Below are positions 8,196 through 16,357 of a stretch of DNA of 64,000 bases, one piece after another. The notes below the pieces were generated by a model. It saw nothing but the letters and a program-made list of their open reading frames with translations. It ran no database searches and was not told the DNA's origin. The translations under genes and the position numbers were made by a program. Location of the stretch: sequence record NC_019411.1. One strand, 5' to 3'. How positions within the stretch are numbered: the stretch's first letter is position 1; every line of letters starts with the position of its first letter.

Positions 8196-8794
8196 GCGGT
8201 CTCCTGCTGGAGGTTAGCCGGCGCCGGAATGGCGTCGGAAAGGGCTTGCTCGACCAGGGTCAGGATGTCCGTGACGAGCTTGGGATTGAGGTCGGGCTCG
8301 GTGAGCGCGGCGGCCAGGGCGTTGATCCGGAACCACGTCGGGTCGGCGTGCGGGATCAGATTGAGGTTATGCAGGTGCAGCAGCGTCGAGCCGTGGGAGG
8401 CGGTCCGCTCCGAAAGCTCGCGCAGCACGCGGGCGCCGGCGAGTTGGTCGGCCAGGACCTTGATCACGCTGCCCGAGGGAGCCAGGAGCAGGCGCATCCA
8501 GTCGCCGTTCGGATCGTCGGCTTGGCGCAGGTCCGGATGGTCCAGCGTCTTGCCCCAGATCACCTCGTGCGCCTTGGCGGCCAGCGAGCGGCGGTGGCGG
8601 GCGAGGTCTTCGGCGTCCTTGGCGGCGCGCAGGCTGGAAAGCATCGTGGCGATCAACACCGAGGGAAAGAGCGCGACGACAAAGAACGCGGCGCGCTCAA
8701 GTGGCGAGGCGTGCGAAGCCACGATATTCATGGCCGTGCCGATCAGCACCGTCGGATAGATCAAGCCGCCGTGGCGCTGGATGAACGAGATCAT
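8192..8794 (-). CDS. Membrane protein, two N-terminal hydrophobic segments
   Basis: Hydrophobic helices; first gene after P3. Confidence 0.75.
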   Translation of the reverse strand: MISFIQRHGGLIYPTVLIGTAMNIVASHASPLERAAFFVVALFPSVLIATMLSSLRAAKDAEDLARHRRSLAAKAHEVIWGKTLDHPDLRQADDPNGDWMRLLLAPSGSVIKVLADQLAGARVLRELSERTASHGSTLLHLHNLNLIPHADPTWFRINALAAALTEPDLNPKLVTDILTLVEQALSDAIPAPANLQQETA

Positions 8795-8869
8795 GAAAAG
8801 GGCCTCCGGCGTTGTCGTCTAAGGCCCTTCTAGCGAGTCGGTGTCAGGCTGTCAACACATGTCAGCCAA
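8795..8869 (-). promoter_or_regulatory. Promoter cassette P3
   Basis: TTGGC-9-TTGACA-17-TAGAAG-7-GACGACAACG-CCGGAGG-ATG. Confidence 0.9.
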
Positions 8870-8871
8870 GA

Positions 8872-9483
8872 TCAGGCGGCGTTCGTCACCAGGGTTTCCA
8901 GGCGATCAAAGCCCAGATCGAGGCGACCCCACATCGACGAGGGCGTATGCGGCTTGACCACCTCGGTGAACCGCGCGCGCTCCTTCAGATACATGCGGGC
9001 CATGGGGATGTTCGGCTGGCCGGTCGCCGGGTCCTTGATCGAGGCCTCGACATTGGCGATCCGGTCGGCGAGCTTGAGGATGCAGGCCTTGGGGTGCTCG
9101 CCCAGCTTGCGATAGATGTCCTCGTTGCGGGCCTTGCGGTTGGGGCCGATGCCCGAGACCGCCCAGACCAGCGCCGCGACGTCCTCGCCGAACTTTTCCT
9201 TGATCATCTCCAGCCGCTGCTCGGGCGTCATGTCGAGATGGGTGTCCTCGATCACGTCGTGCAGCTTGGCGGCGGCCGTCCAGGTAAAGCCCAGGAAGCC
9301 GTAGTCGTCGAGGATGCGCTCGACCTTCTGGAGATGGTAGAGATAGGGCTGGCCGGCGTACTGCTGGTCCCCGTGGGCGGCGATGGCGAATTCCGTCGGG
9401 TCTTCCTGGCGCAGCGGCGCGCCCGGCGCCGTCGGAAGGCCCGTCAGGATGGAGGCGAGTTGGTCGAGCGAGGCGTCAGACAT
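8872..9483 (-). CDS. RelA/SpoT-type HD-domain hydrolase (small alarmone hydrolase/Mesh1-like)
   Basis: FAIAAHGDQ..AGQPYLYHL..V...AAAKLHDVIEDT...KLADRIAN. Confidence 0.85.
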   Translation of the reverse strand: MSDASLDQLASILTGLPTAPGAPLRQEDPTEFAIAAHGDQQYAGQPYLYHLQKVERILDDYGFLGFTWTAAAKLHDVIEDTHLDMTPEQRLEMIKEKFGEDVAALVWAVSGIGPNRKARNEDIYRKLGEHPKACILKLADRIANVEASIKDPATGQPNIPMARMYLKERARFTEVVKPHTPSSMWGRLDLGFDRLETLVTNAA

Positions 9484-9889
9484 GGGGCTTCTCGGAGATC
9501 GGGGTGAAGACTTCCAGGCCGTCGACGATCTGCATCAGATGCGTCGGCGGGTGGGCGGGATTGTAGCGGATGTAGCCGGCGAGGCCGCCGTCGATCATCG
9601 CCCCGCCCCGCTCCTTGTAGTCGTGCCGGAAGCGCGAGACCAGGAATGAGCCGTCGGGCATCTCGATCGCCGAGAACTGGGCCTGTCGGATCGAGGCCGC
9701 CGAGGTGATGTAGAGCCCGCCGCCTAGCGGATGGGTGAAGAGCCCGAAGTAGTTGTCGTGGCCCTTCTCGCGGTCCGGCGTCTCGGTGTAGAAGACGTGG
9801 AACGGCCCCTCGCGGTCGGGCAGGTCGTAATAGCCGACGTACTTGGCTTTGTAGTGCTTTTCGGCCCCGGCGATGTTGATGCTGCTCAT
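9476..9889 (-). CDS. Hypothetical protein (MSSINIAG...)
   Basis: ATGA overlap; SRFRHDY...IDGG.GY motif of a common phage family. Confidence 0.75.
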   Translation of the reverse strand: MSSINIAGAEKHYKAKYVGYYDLPDREGPFHVFYTETPDREKGHDNYFGLFTHPLGGGLYITSAASIRQAQFSAIEMPDGSFLVSRFRHDYKERGGAMIDGGLAGYIRYNPAHPPTHLMQIVDGLEVFTPISEKPHV

Positions 9890-10389
9890 GCGACCCTCAG
9901 GAATTCTCCCCAGGCGGGGAGGGCGTGCTTCAGATAGGCGGCGTGCGCCTCGTCCGGCGTCGTGTAGCACCCGAGATAGCGGTACACCCCGTTGATCGTG
10001 ACCTGGGCCTGGAACGGCTTCGTCTTGCTCCGGCTCTTGGTCACGCCCTTGGGAAGCGCGCCGACGTTCGGGCGGTTCACGAGGTTCTGGGACCGCGTCG
10101 CCTTCCGGAGGTTCTTGATCCGATTGTTGCGCCGGTTCAAGTCCTTGTGGTCGACGTCGTGATCGGGCATCACCCCGTGATGGATCGCCCAGGCCACCTT
10201 GTGGGCGGCGATCTGAATTCGCCGGCCGCCATAGGAGACCTTCATCACCCGATAGCCGTCCTTGGTCACCGAGCCGCAGCGCTTGCGGGACTTGGAGCCC
10301 CGCACGGTGATGGCGCCGGTGGCGGGATCGTACTTGTAGCGCGCCCGGAGGAAGTCGACCGGGATCGAAAACTCTGCATCCCCCGACAT
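9886..10389 (-). CDS. HNH endonuclease with C-terminal AP2 domain (homing-endonuclease type)
   Basis: AHKVAWAIHHG...VDHKDLNRRNNRIKNLR..T.SQN; KGV...FQAQVTING..RYLGCY.T..EAHAAY. Confidence 0.88.
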   Translation of the reverse strand: MSGDAEFSIPVDFLRARYKYDPATGAITVRGSKSRKRCGSVTKDGYRVMKVSYGGRRIQIAAHKVAWAIHHGVMPDHDVDHKDLNRRNNRIKNLRKATRSQNLVNRPNVGALPKGVTKSRSKTKPFQAQVTINGVYRYLGCYTTPDEAHAAYLKHALPAWGEFLRVA

Positions 10390-10393
10390 AGGA

Positions 10394-10633
10394 TCAGTCC
10401 TTCTGGGCGTGCCGCTTGAAGAGGAGGTAGAAGCCGTAGGCGACGAGCACCGGAATCCAGAGCAGGATCAGGGCCACGGTCTGACCGAGGGTCATGAGGA
10501 AGAACGCGGCCTTCCAGTCGTTGTTGTACTGGTTGTCGCGCACCGCATGGACTTTCGGATAGTCGATCGCATAGCGGTAGCCGGCGCGCGCGAGGCCCAG
10601 AAGCAGGCCGATGATGAAGTAGAGATCGGTCAT
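10394..10633 (-). CDS. Small membrane protein
   Basis: Two hydrophobic segments. Confidence 0.7.
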   Translation of the reverse strand: MTDLYFIIGLLLGLARAGYRYAIDYPKVHAVRDNQYNNDWKAAFFLMTLGQTVALILLWIPVLVAYGFYLLFKRHAQKD

Positions 10634-10636
10634 GGC

Positions 10637-10903
10637 TTACTTCTCCGAGGCCTCGATCATCTTCTGGGCGCCGGCGTTCAGCTTCTTGCGCAGGAGCCAG
10701 AAGACCGGAATCCAGAACAGGGCGAACAGGCTGGCGGGCCAGAGGGCGCCGAGGACCAGACCGGTGATGAAGACGAACCAGCCGTAGATGCCGAATTCGT
10801 CGAGGGTCCTGATCCCCATCTCGCGGACGAAGGTCGGGACGATGGTCGCGCCGGCGACCCACCATCCGATGGCCAGGAAAAGGCCGACGAGCCAGTAGAA
10901 CAT
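10637..10903 (-). CDS. Small membrane protein
   Basis: Two hydrophobic segments. Confidence 0.7.
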   Translation of the reverse strand: MFYWLVGLFLAIGWWVAGATIVPTFVREMGIRTLDEFGIYGWFVFITGLVLGALWPASLFALFWIPVFWLLRKKLNAGAQKMIEASEK

Positions 10904-11205
10904 CAGGGTTGTTCCTTCTCAAGACCCACGTCGGGGTCGTATTTCAGGATGACGCCGTCCTCGTTCCGGTGCTCCATCAGCGGGAACCCCGAGACGAACT
11001 GCGGCACGAAGAGGTCGCGTCGCGGCTGCTGGAGCCAGATCAGGCCGGTCTCGGCGACCACCGCGCGCTCGGCCGGGGTAAGCTCCCAGCAGGAGATCAC
11101 GCCCTCGGGGCCGGTGTAGGTGTGGAGGGGCGCGACCGTGTCCTCGTTCCCCGGAGCGGGGTTCCAGACCTTGTTGGCGCCGGCGAAATTACGAGGAACG
11201 GCCAT
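10903..11205 (-). CDS. Hypothetical protein
   Basis: ISCWELTPAERAVV..TG.IWL motif of a phage family. Confidence 0.7.
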   Translation of the reverse strand: MAVPRNFAGANKVWNPAPGNEDTVAPLHTYTGPEGVISCWELTPAERAVVAETGLIWLQQPRRDLFVPQFVSGFPLMEHRNEDGVILKYDPDVGLEKEQP

Positions 11206-11440
11206 CGGCGTTCTTGCCCTTGTTGACGAAATACCAGATCGCCAGGGCGATCAGGAAGCCGGGGACGCCCAGCGGCCATGCGATGGCCATGCCCAGCGCG
11301 GTGAAGAAGCCCAGCGCCACCGCGCCCGCCGCGTCGGCGAGCTTCAGGACCCCGGTGCGGCTTTCGTGCTTGATCGTCCAGATGGTCGCGACAAGGCCGC
11401 TGACCACGCCCAGGATGATCGAGAAGATGATGTAATTCAA
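11189..11440 (-). CDS. Small membrane protein (TTG start, MNYIIFSIILG...)
   Basis: TTG overlaps upstream TGA; two hydrophobic segments. Confidence 0.65.
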   Translation of the reverse strand: MNYIIFSIILGVVSGLVATIWTIKHESRTGVLKLADAAGAVALGFFTALGMAIAWPLGVPGFLIALAIWYFVNKGKNADGRSS

Positions 11441-11820
11441 AGCAGACCCGCCGCCTGCTTGGCGGCCTCCTTGGCGCGGACCTTGTCGGGAGACAGGCTC
11501 TTCACGCGGTTGATCTCGTCGGCCTCGCAGCCGTCGGCGCTGATGCCGAGATTTTCGCAGAGGGTGTAGAGCGACAGCAGCAGCCCGCCGACCTCTTCCT
11601 TGACCTCGCCGACCGGCCGGCTGTAGGTCCAGTGCGCCTGCCGGATCACGTCCTCCAGGCTCAGGCCCTGGGTCTGGACGAGTTCCATGCACTCCTCCAG
11701 GGTGCGGAAGGCCTGGATGCGCCGGTTGAAGACGCGGCCCGTCAGGACCTCCTCGACCCACTTCCAGCACCACGTCTGGCGCTTGGCCCGGTGCTCATGA
11801 CAGGCGTCGACCTCGGTCAC
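11437..11820 (-). CDS. MazG-like NTP pyrophosphohydrolase
   Basis: RTLEECMELVQ...RPVGEVKEEVGGLLLSL..LC; GTG start with GGAGA SD. Confidence 0.6.
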   Translation of the reverse strand: MTEVDACHEHRAKRQTWCWKWVEEVLTGRVFNRRIQAFRTLEECMELVQTQGLSLEDVIRQAHWTYSRPVGEVKEEVGGLLLSLYTLCENLGISADGCEADEINRVKSLSPDKVRAKEAAKQAAGLL

Positions 11821-11963
11821 GATTTTCTCCAGTCGAACAGCGCCCAGAAGGCTTGGCGGGTGTCCCTGGTCCAGGACCAGGGACGGATCGCCAGGATGGA
11901 AAGGACGAGGGCGGCGGCGAGATAGATCAGCGCCGCCCGCGCCACGATGTCGAGGAATCCCAT
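11817..11963 (-). CDS. 48-aa membrane peptide (MGFLDIVARAALIYLAAALVLSILAIRPW...)
   Basis: Hand translation; fills gap between rtcB and MazG-like gene; GTGA overlap. Confidence 0.6.
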   Translation of the reverse strand: MGFLDIVARAALIYLAAALVLSILAIRPWSWTRDTRQAFWALFDWRKS

Positions 11964-11966
11964 GGC

Positions 11967-13199
11967 CTAGCCCTTCACGCAGAGGACTTGCTTGAGGGTG
12001 TGGACGATGTCCACGAGGTCCTTCTGGGCCTCCATGACCGCGTCGATGTCCTTGTAGGCCATCGGGATTTCGTCGATCACGCCGGCGTCCTTGCGGCACT
12101 CCACGCCCTCGGTGGCCTTGATCTGGTCCTCCAGGGTGAAGGTCGCCTTGGCCTGGGTCCGCGACATCGTCCGGCCCGCGCCGTGCGAGCACGAGCAGAA
12201 CGAGTCCGCGTTGCCCTTGCCGCGCACGATGTAGGACTTGGCCCCCATCGAGCCGGGGATGATCCCGAACTGGTCCTTCTGCGCCGACACCGCGCCCTTG
12301 CGGGTCACGAAGACCCACTCGTCGAAGTGGAATTCCTTCTGGACGTAGTTGTGGTGGCAGTTCACCGCTTCCTTGTCCGTCTTGAACGGCGGCAGGCCCG
12401 ACGCTCGCATGGCCTCCAGGACCCGGACCATCATCATCTCGCGGTTGATCCGCGCGAAGTCCTGGCCCCAGGCGACGGCTTCCACGTAGTCGTGGAACTC
12501 CGGCTCGCCTTCGCAGAGCCAAGCAAGGTCCTTGTCCAGCGGCTTACGCCCGTCACGGCGCAGCATCATCTCCTTGGCCTTCTCGATGAAGATGCGGCCG
12601 ATGGTGTTGCCGACGCCGCGCGAGCCCGAGTGGAGCATCACCCAGACGCGCTGGTCCTCGTCGAGGCAGACCTCGATGAAGTGGTTGCCGCCGCCCAGGG
12701 TGCCCAGTTGGACCACGCTGTTGGCGTTCTTCAGCGCCGGGTACTTCTCGCAGAGCTTGTCGAACCGCGCCTCCAGGCCCGAGTCGACCCACTTGCGCAG
12801 GATCGAGTTGGGGATGCCGCTGCGCCCGTTCCAGCCGCCCGACGGACCCGGCCCGCCGTGCGGGACGGCGTGCTCGATCAGCGAGCGAAGCTTGGCGAGG
12901 CTGTCGGGAAGGTCCGACGCGGTCAGGCTGGTGCGGACCGCCATCATGCCGCAGCCGATGTCGACGCCGACGGCGGCCGGGATGATCGCGCCCTTGGTCG
13001 GGATCACCGAGCCCACGGTCGAGCCGATGCCCATGTGGACATCCGGCATCAGGGCGACATGCGAGTGAATGAAGGGCAGGGCCGCGAGGTTGTGGGCCTG
13101 GACCTGAGCCGGTTGCTCGAAGTTCACGCCGCGAACCCAGGCCTTGATCACCCCGCCATTCCAGCCGTTGATCTCTTCGTAGTGGGTCTCGGCGGACAC
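11967..13199 (-). CDS. rtcB: RtcB RNA 2',3'-cyclic phosphate ligase
   Basis: ALMPDVHMG.G..VG, VGVDIGCGM, GTLGGGNHFIE, HSGSRG.G, HHNY, RKGA, IIPGSMG, SHGAGR.MSR, DEIP.AYKDI. Confidence 0.97.
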   Translation of the reverse strand: MSAETHYEEINGWNGGVIKAWVRGVNFEQPAQVQAHNLAALPFIHSHVALMPDVHMGIGSTVGSVIPTKGAIIPAAVGVDIGCGMMAVRTSLTASDLPDSLAKLRSLIEHAVPHGGPGPSGGWNGRSGIPNSILRKWVDSGLEARFDKLCEKYPALKNANSVVQLGTLGGGNHFIEVCLDEDQRVWVMLHSGSRGVGNTIGRIFIEKAKEMMLRRDGRKPLDKDLAWLCEGEPEFHDYVEAVAWGQDFARINREMMMVRVLEAMRASGLPPFKTDKEAVNCHHNYVQKEFHFDEWVFVTRKGAVSAQKDQFGIIPGSMGAKSYIVRGKGNADSFCSCSHGAGRTMSRTQAKATFTLEDQIKATEGVECRKDAGVIDEIPMAYKDIDAVMEAQKDLVDIVHTLKQVLCVKG

Positions 13200-13204
13200 G
13201 GCGG

Positions 13205-13265
13205 GCTCCTTCTGTGGTGTCGTGATTTACGACTTTTGACCATGCTCCTCGGACGGTGTCAACAC
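13205..13265 (-). promoter_or_regulatory. Promoter cassette P4 (rtcB), variant
   Basis: GTG-TTGACA-17-TCAAAA; leader ACGACACCACAGAAGGAG. Confidence 0.6.
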
Positions 13266-13433
13266 TTCTTCAACGGCGGTGATCTGAATTTGCAGCAGAC
13301 TGGCCGCCGGGTGGCTAGGCGGAAGAAGGGCCTCGGCCTGTTTCATGGCGTCCAGGGTGTCTTCCAACGCGGCGCGGAAGGTGTTGCGCTGCTCGGTGGT
13401 GGCGCGGACGGCGGAGGGAAATTCGAAGATCAT
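13227..13433 (-). CDS. Hypothetical protein
   Basis: Short ORF; 3' end contains P4. Confidence 0.6.
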   Translation of the reverse strand: MIFEFPSAVRATTEQRNTFRAALEDTLDAMKQAEALLPPSHPAASLLQIQITAVEEVLTPSEEHGQKS

Positions 13434-13456
13434 GGGATCACCTTGAGGGGTACGCT

Positions 13457-13495
13457 AAAACGAAAAACGCCGGCGAGGATGGCTCGCCGGCGTTT
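13457..13495 (-). terminator. Rho-independent terminator
   Basis: 13-bp IR AAACGCCGGCGAG-5 nt-CTCGCCGGCGTTT followed by TTTTTCGTTTT on minus strand. Confidence 0.88.
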
Positions 13496-13527
13496 CCTAG
13501 TCCAGGGCGGGGCCTAGAGCCGCCGCC

Positions 13528-14361
13528 TTACTTCACGTTGATGAACGGAACCGCGCCGGCGCCCATGGTCTGGGGCAGGTGCCCGTCCCACTTGTCGATC
13601 GCCCGCAGTTGAGCGACTTCCGGCGACGAACGGACCGATTCAGCCAGCAGACGGTTGGCTTCGGCGGTGCCGCGCGCTTCTTCGATCTTGGCGTCGGCCT
13701 CGGCCTTGGAAACCTGCACCCGCGCCTGGGCGGCCACGGTGTCGGCGTCGGCCTTGGTCTTGGCCTGGATCGAGTCGAGGATCACCTGCGGATAGCGGAT
13801 GGCGCCGATCCAGTCGAGTTGACTGATCGTCACCCCGTCCTTGGCCCACTTCTTCTGCACGGAGGCGAGCGCCTTCTGGATCACCTGCTGGCGTCCGCCT
13901 TTGTAGAGGAACTCGACCGAGACCAGTTCAGTCTCGCGGGCGATCGCCGAACGAACGTCGTTGCGGATCGGGCCTTCGAACAGTTGATCGAAGGTCAGGC
14001 GGTACTTCTTGTACAGCGCCGGCGCCGCGCCGGGCTCGACGCGCATGACGAGTTGGACGTCGGCGCTCATCGGCAGGGCGTTGTTGTCCGAGAACGTGAC
14101 TTCCTCGTTCTCGGAGCCGCGCTCGTCGGCGTCGCGGGTGTAGGTGTAGGTGCGCTGGATCGCCGGGTAGTCGACGATCTTCTCGCCCAGGCCGTTGAAG
14201 TGCATGCCCGAGGCCAGCGGCGTCGGATCGACGCCCGAGCCGCCCATGGTGCGAATCTTCACGCCGACATTGCCCGGCTCGACGGTATGGAAGCCGCAGG
14301 CCGACATGGTCGCCGCCATGCCCATCAGGGCGACGGCGGTCAGAAGGGACTTAATTTTCAA
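13528..14361 (-). CDS. SPFH/Band 7 (prohibitin-like) lipoprotein
   Basis: Lipobox MSAC; VEPGNVGV; AQARV...AEADAKIEEARGTAEANR.LAES...KWDG.LPQ. Confidence 0.9.
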   Translation of the reverse strand: MKIKSLLTAVALMGMAATMSACGFHTVEPGNVGVKIRTMGGSGVDPTPLASGMHFNGLGEKIVDYPAIQRTYTYTRDADERGSENEEVTFSDNNALPMSADVQLVMRVEPGAAPALYKKYRLTFDQLFEGPIRNDVRSAIARETELVSVEFLYKGGRQQVIQKALASVQKKWAKDGVTISQLDWIGAIRYPQVILDSIQAKTKADADTVAAQARVQVSKAEADAKIEEARGTAEANRLLAESVRSSPEVAQLRAIDKWDGHLPQTMGAGAVPFINVK

Positions 14362-14701
14362 GGGGTTGTTCCTTGTCTTGTTTCGGGGATTTGTGGAACG
14401 CTTTTGCGATGTCGCCAGCCAGCTTCATCGCGAACATCACGACCGTCGGCAGACCCAGGAACAGGACCGTGAAGGCCGCGAACGAGGCGCCGAAGAAGTG
14501 GGCTTCGGTGAGGGTCCAGGCAAAGCCCATGACGACCAGCGCGCCGGTCATGATCACGAGCATCGGATAGACCGAGAGGCGGTAGAAGAGCCCCGGAAGG
14601 CGCTTGTCCTTGAGGGCCGCGCTGGGGCCGCCCAGGGCGTTTACCAGGAAGAACACCATCAGGATCAGATAGATGGGGAAGAGCGGGAGGAAGACCCTCA
14701 T
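14351..14701 (-). CDS. Membrane protein (three hydrophobic segments)
   Basis: MRVFLPLFPIYLILMVFF... Confidence 0.7.
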   Translation of the reverse strand: MRVFLPLFPIYLILMVFFLVNALGGPSAALKDKRLPGLFYRLSVYPMLVIMTGALVVMGFAWTLTEAHFFGASFAAFTVLFLGLPTVVMFAMKLAGDIAKAFHKSPKQDKEQPLEN

Positions 14702-15441
14702 TGAGCACGTCCTTTCAGGAGCTTTTTGGCTCGACCCAGCAGGTTGGCCATGAACTCCTCGCCCAGGTCGGGGTTGATCTGCTGGTGGACGCGCTGATCG
14801 ACCGTCCGCAGGGCGTTGTAGAGTTCGCGCAGCATGGCCGTCTTCTGCTCGGTCGCGATGGCGGCCTGTTCCTCGATCGCCTCGACGATCGCGGCGACGA
14901 GGACTTCCTGGCGCACGCGCCAGCAGCCGTCGTCGCCGGCGTAGAACCACGTCGAGATGATGTTGTCGGCGCGGCTGTTGTCGGCGATCTTGCGGGCGGC
15001 GTGATAGGGGCCGTCATCGCGGCCGATCACCGTGCCTTGCGCCAGCGCCGCTTCGATGTCCTTGAAGCGCCCGGCGACCATCGGGAACCACGACTCGCGG
15101 TCCTTGAAGTCGTCGCGGGCGTTTTGGATGATGCGCAGGATCAGGGCGACGCGGGCGTCCGAGATCGGGCGGGACTCCACGAGCCGGCGCGCCGCCCATT
15201 TGACGCGTTCCAGCGGCGTGACCACCACCGGGGCGCCGGCGTCGACCAGCAGCTTGGCGACCTCGTTCTCGTAGGACTCGTACTCGCGACAGCGGGCTTC
15301 GAGGCGGCGGATCGTGGTGCGGTCCTCGATCGCCTGCTTGGTCATGTCGTCCAGGGCCTCGTGGGCTTCCCGCAGTTGCTCTTCCAGGGAAGCCACGCGC
15401 TGCACGACGCCGAGCGCCAGAGTTTCGGTCGCGTCAGCCAT
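14698..15441 (-). CDS. Hypothetical protein with N-terminal coiled coil
   Basis: TGATG coupling; MADATETLALG... Confidence 0.75.
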   Translation of the reverse strand: MADATETLALGVVQRVASLEEQLREAHEALDDMTKQAIEDRTTIRRLEARCREYESYENEVAKLLVDAGAPVVVTPLERVKWAARRLVESRPISDARVALILRIIQNARDDFKDRESWFPMVAGRFKDIEAALAQGTVIGRDDGPYHAARKIADNSRADNIISTWFYAGDDGCWRVRQEVLVAAIVEAIEEQAAIATEQKTAMLRELYNALRTVDQRVHQQINPDLGEEFMANLLGRAKKLLKGRAQ

Positions 15442-15728
15442 CAGGCCGCGAGCCCCCGCTGCTTCAAGGCGACGATCTGCTCGATCTCCTTGAGGATGTG
15501 GTCGGACAGGCGGTCGGTCCGCTCCTTGATGCCAGCCGGGACGCCGATCTTGCACTGACCGATCTCGTGCAGGCGGTCGGAGACGGCCTTCAGGTCGATC
15601 AGGGTGTCGCTGATCAGCACCTCGGCGAGGCCGATGGCCTCGGTCTGGATGGCGGCGATCCGCTGGGCGGTGGTCTGCGCCGATTGGCCCGCGACGAGGG
15701 CCAGGGCGGCGGTGTTCTTCTGGGTCAT
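15441..15728 (-). CDS. Hypothetical protein
   Basis: First gene after P5, AAGGAG SD. Confidence 0.8.
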   Translation of the reverse strand: MTQKNTAALALVAGQSAQTTAQRIAAIQTEAIGLAEVLISDTLIDLKAVSDRLHEIGQCKIGVPAGIKERTDRLSDHILKEIEQIVALKQRGLAA

Positions 15729-15734
15729 GGAGGT

Positions 15735-15790
15735 CTCCTTCGTTGTCGTCGGGCGTGACTTCTAGTTGGGTTCCTGGAGGCTGTCAACAC
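15735..15790 (-). promoter_or_regulatory. Promoter cassette P5
   Basis: GTG-TTGACA-17-TAGAAG-8-GACGACAACGAAGGAG-ATG. Confidence 0.9.
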
Positions 15791-16052
15791 TTTCGCTCAC
15801 CGGCGCGGCGCCGTAGTGCGCGACCAGGACAAGCCGGGCGCCGCAGGCGACCAGCGCGCCGCGCGCGTCGTAGATCAGCCGTCCGGCCTCCTCGCCGTTC
15901 TTGTCCAGGATGATGGCCTCCCTGGCGTAGGTCGGCTTGCCGCTCTTGCCCCGCTGGATGCGGATCGGAGGATCATCCGTGCCGCGCTTGGTGTTGCGGT
16001 CGATGACCTGCCGGTTGATGTTGAGGACGCAGGTCTTGCGGGTGATCTTCAT
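15762..16052 (-). CDS. Hypothetical protein (MKITRKTCVLNINRQVI...)
   Basis: Conserved phage family; stop codon is the TAG of the P5 -10. Confidence 0.75.
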   Translation of the reverse strand: MKITRKTCVLNINRQVIDRNTKRGTDDPPIRIQRGKSGKPTYAREAIILDKNGEEAGRLIYDARGALVACGARLVLVAHYGAAPVSESVDSLQEPN

Positions 16053-16357
16053 TTGGCGGCGGCCTCCATCCTGAGGGTGATGATTTCCTGGCGCAGGCGC
16101 TCGTTCTCGCTCCGCAGCCGTTCGAGAGGGTCGGTGATCGCCCGGACGCGCGCGTCGATCAGGGCCTTCTCCTCGGGCGAGCGCCACTGGTAGCCGTGAT
16201 AGAGGGCGCTCAGCAGGTTGACCTTGCCGCTGCCGGCGACGATCTTGCCCCGCGTCTTGAGCCATTCCGCCGCCGCCGCCTCATGCAGGAGCCAGGGCGT
16301 GGGATGCAGGGGAAGCAGGCGCGCCGGGATCGGCGCGCCATGGTGGTCCAGGATCAA
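16049..16357 (-). CDS. Hypothetical protein
   Basis: Coupled ORF. Confidence 0.7.
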   Translation of the reverse strand: MILDHHGAPIPARLLPLHPTPWLLHEAAAAEWLKTRGKIVAGSGKVNLLSALYHGYQWRSPEEKALIDARVRAITDPLERLRSENERLRQEIITLRMEAAAK

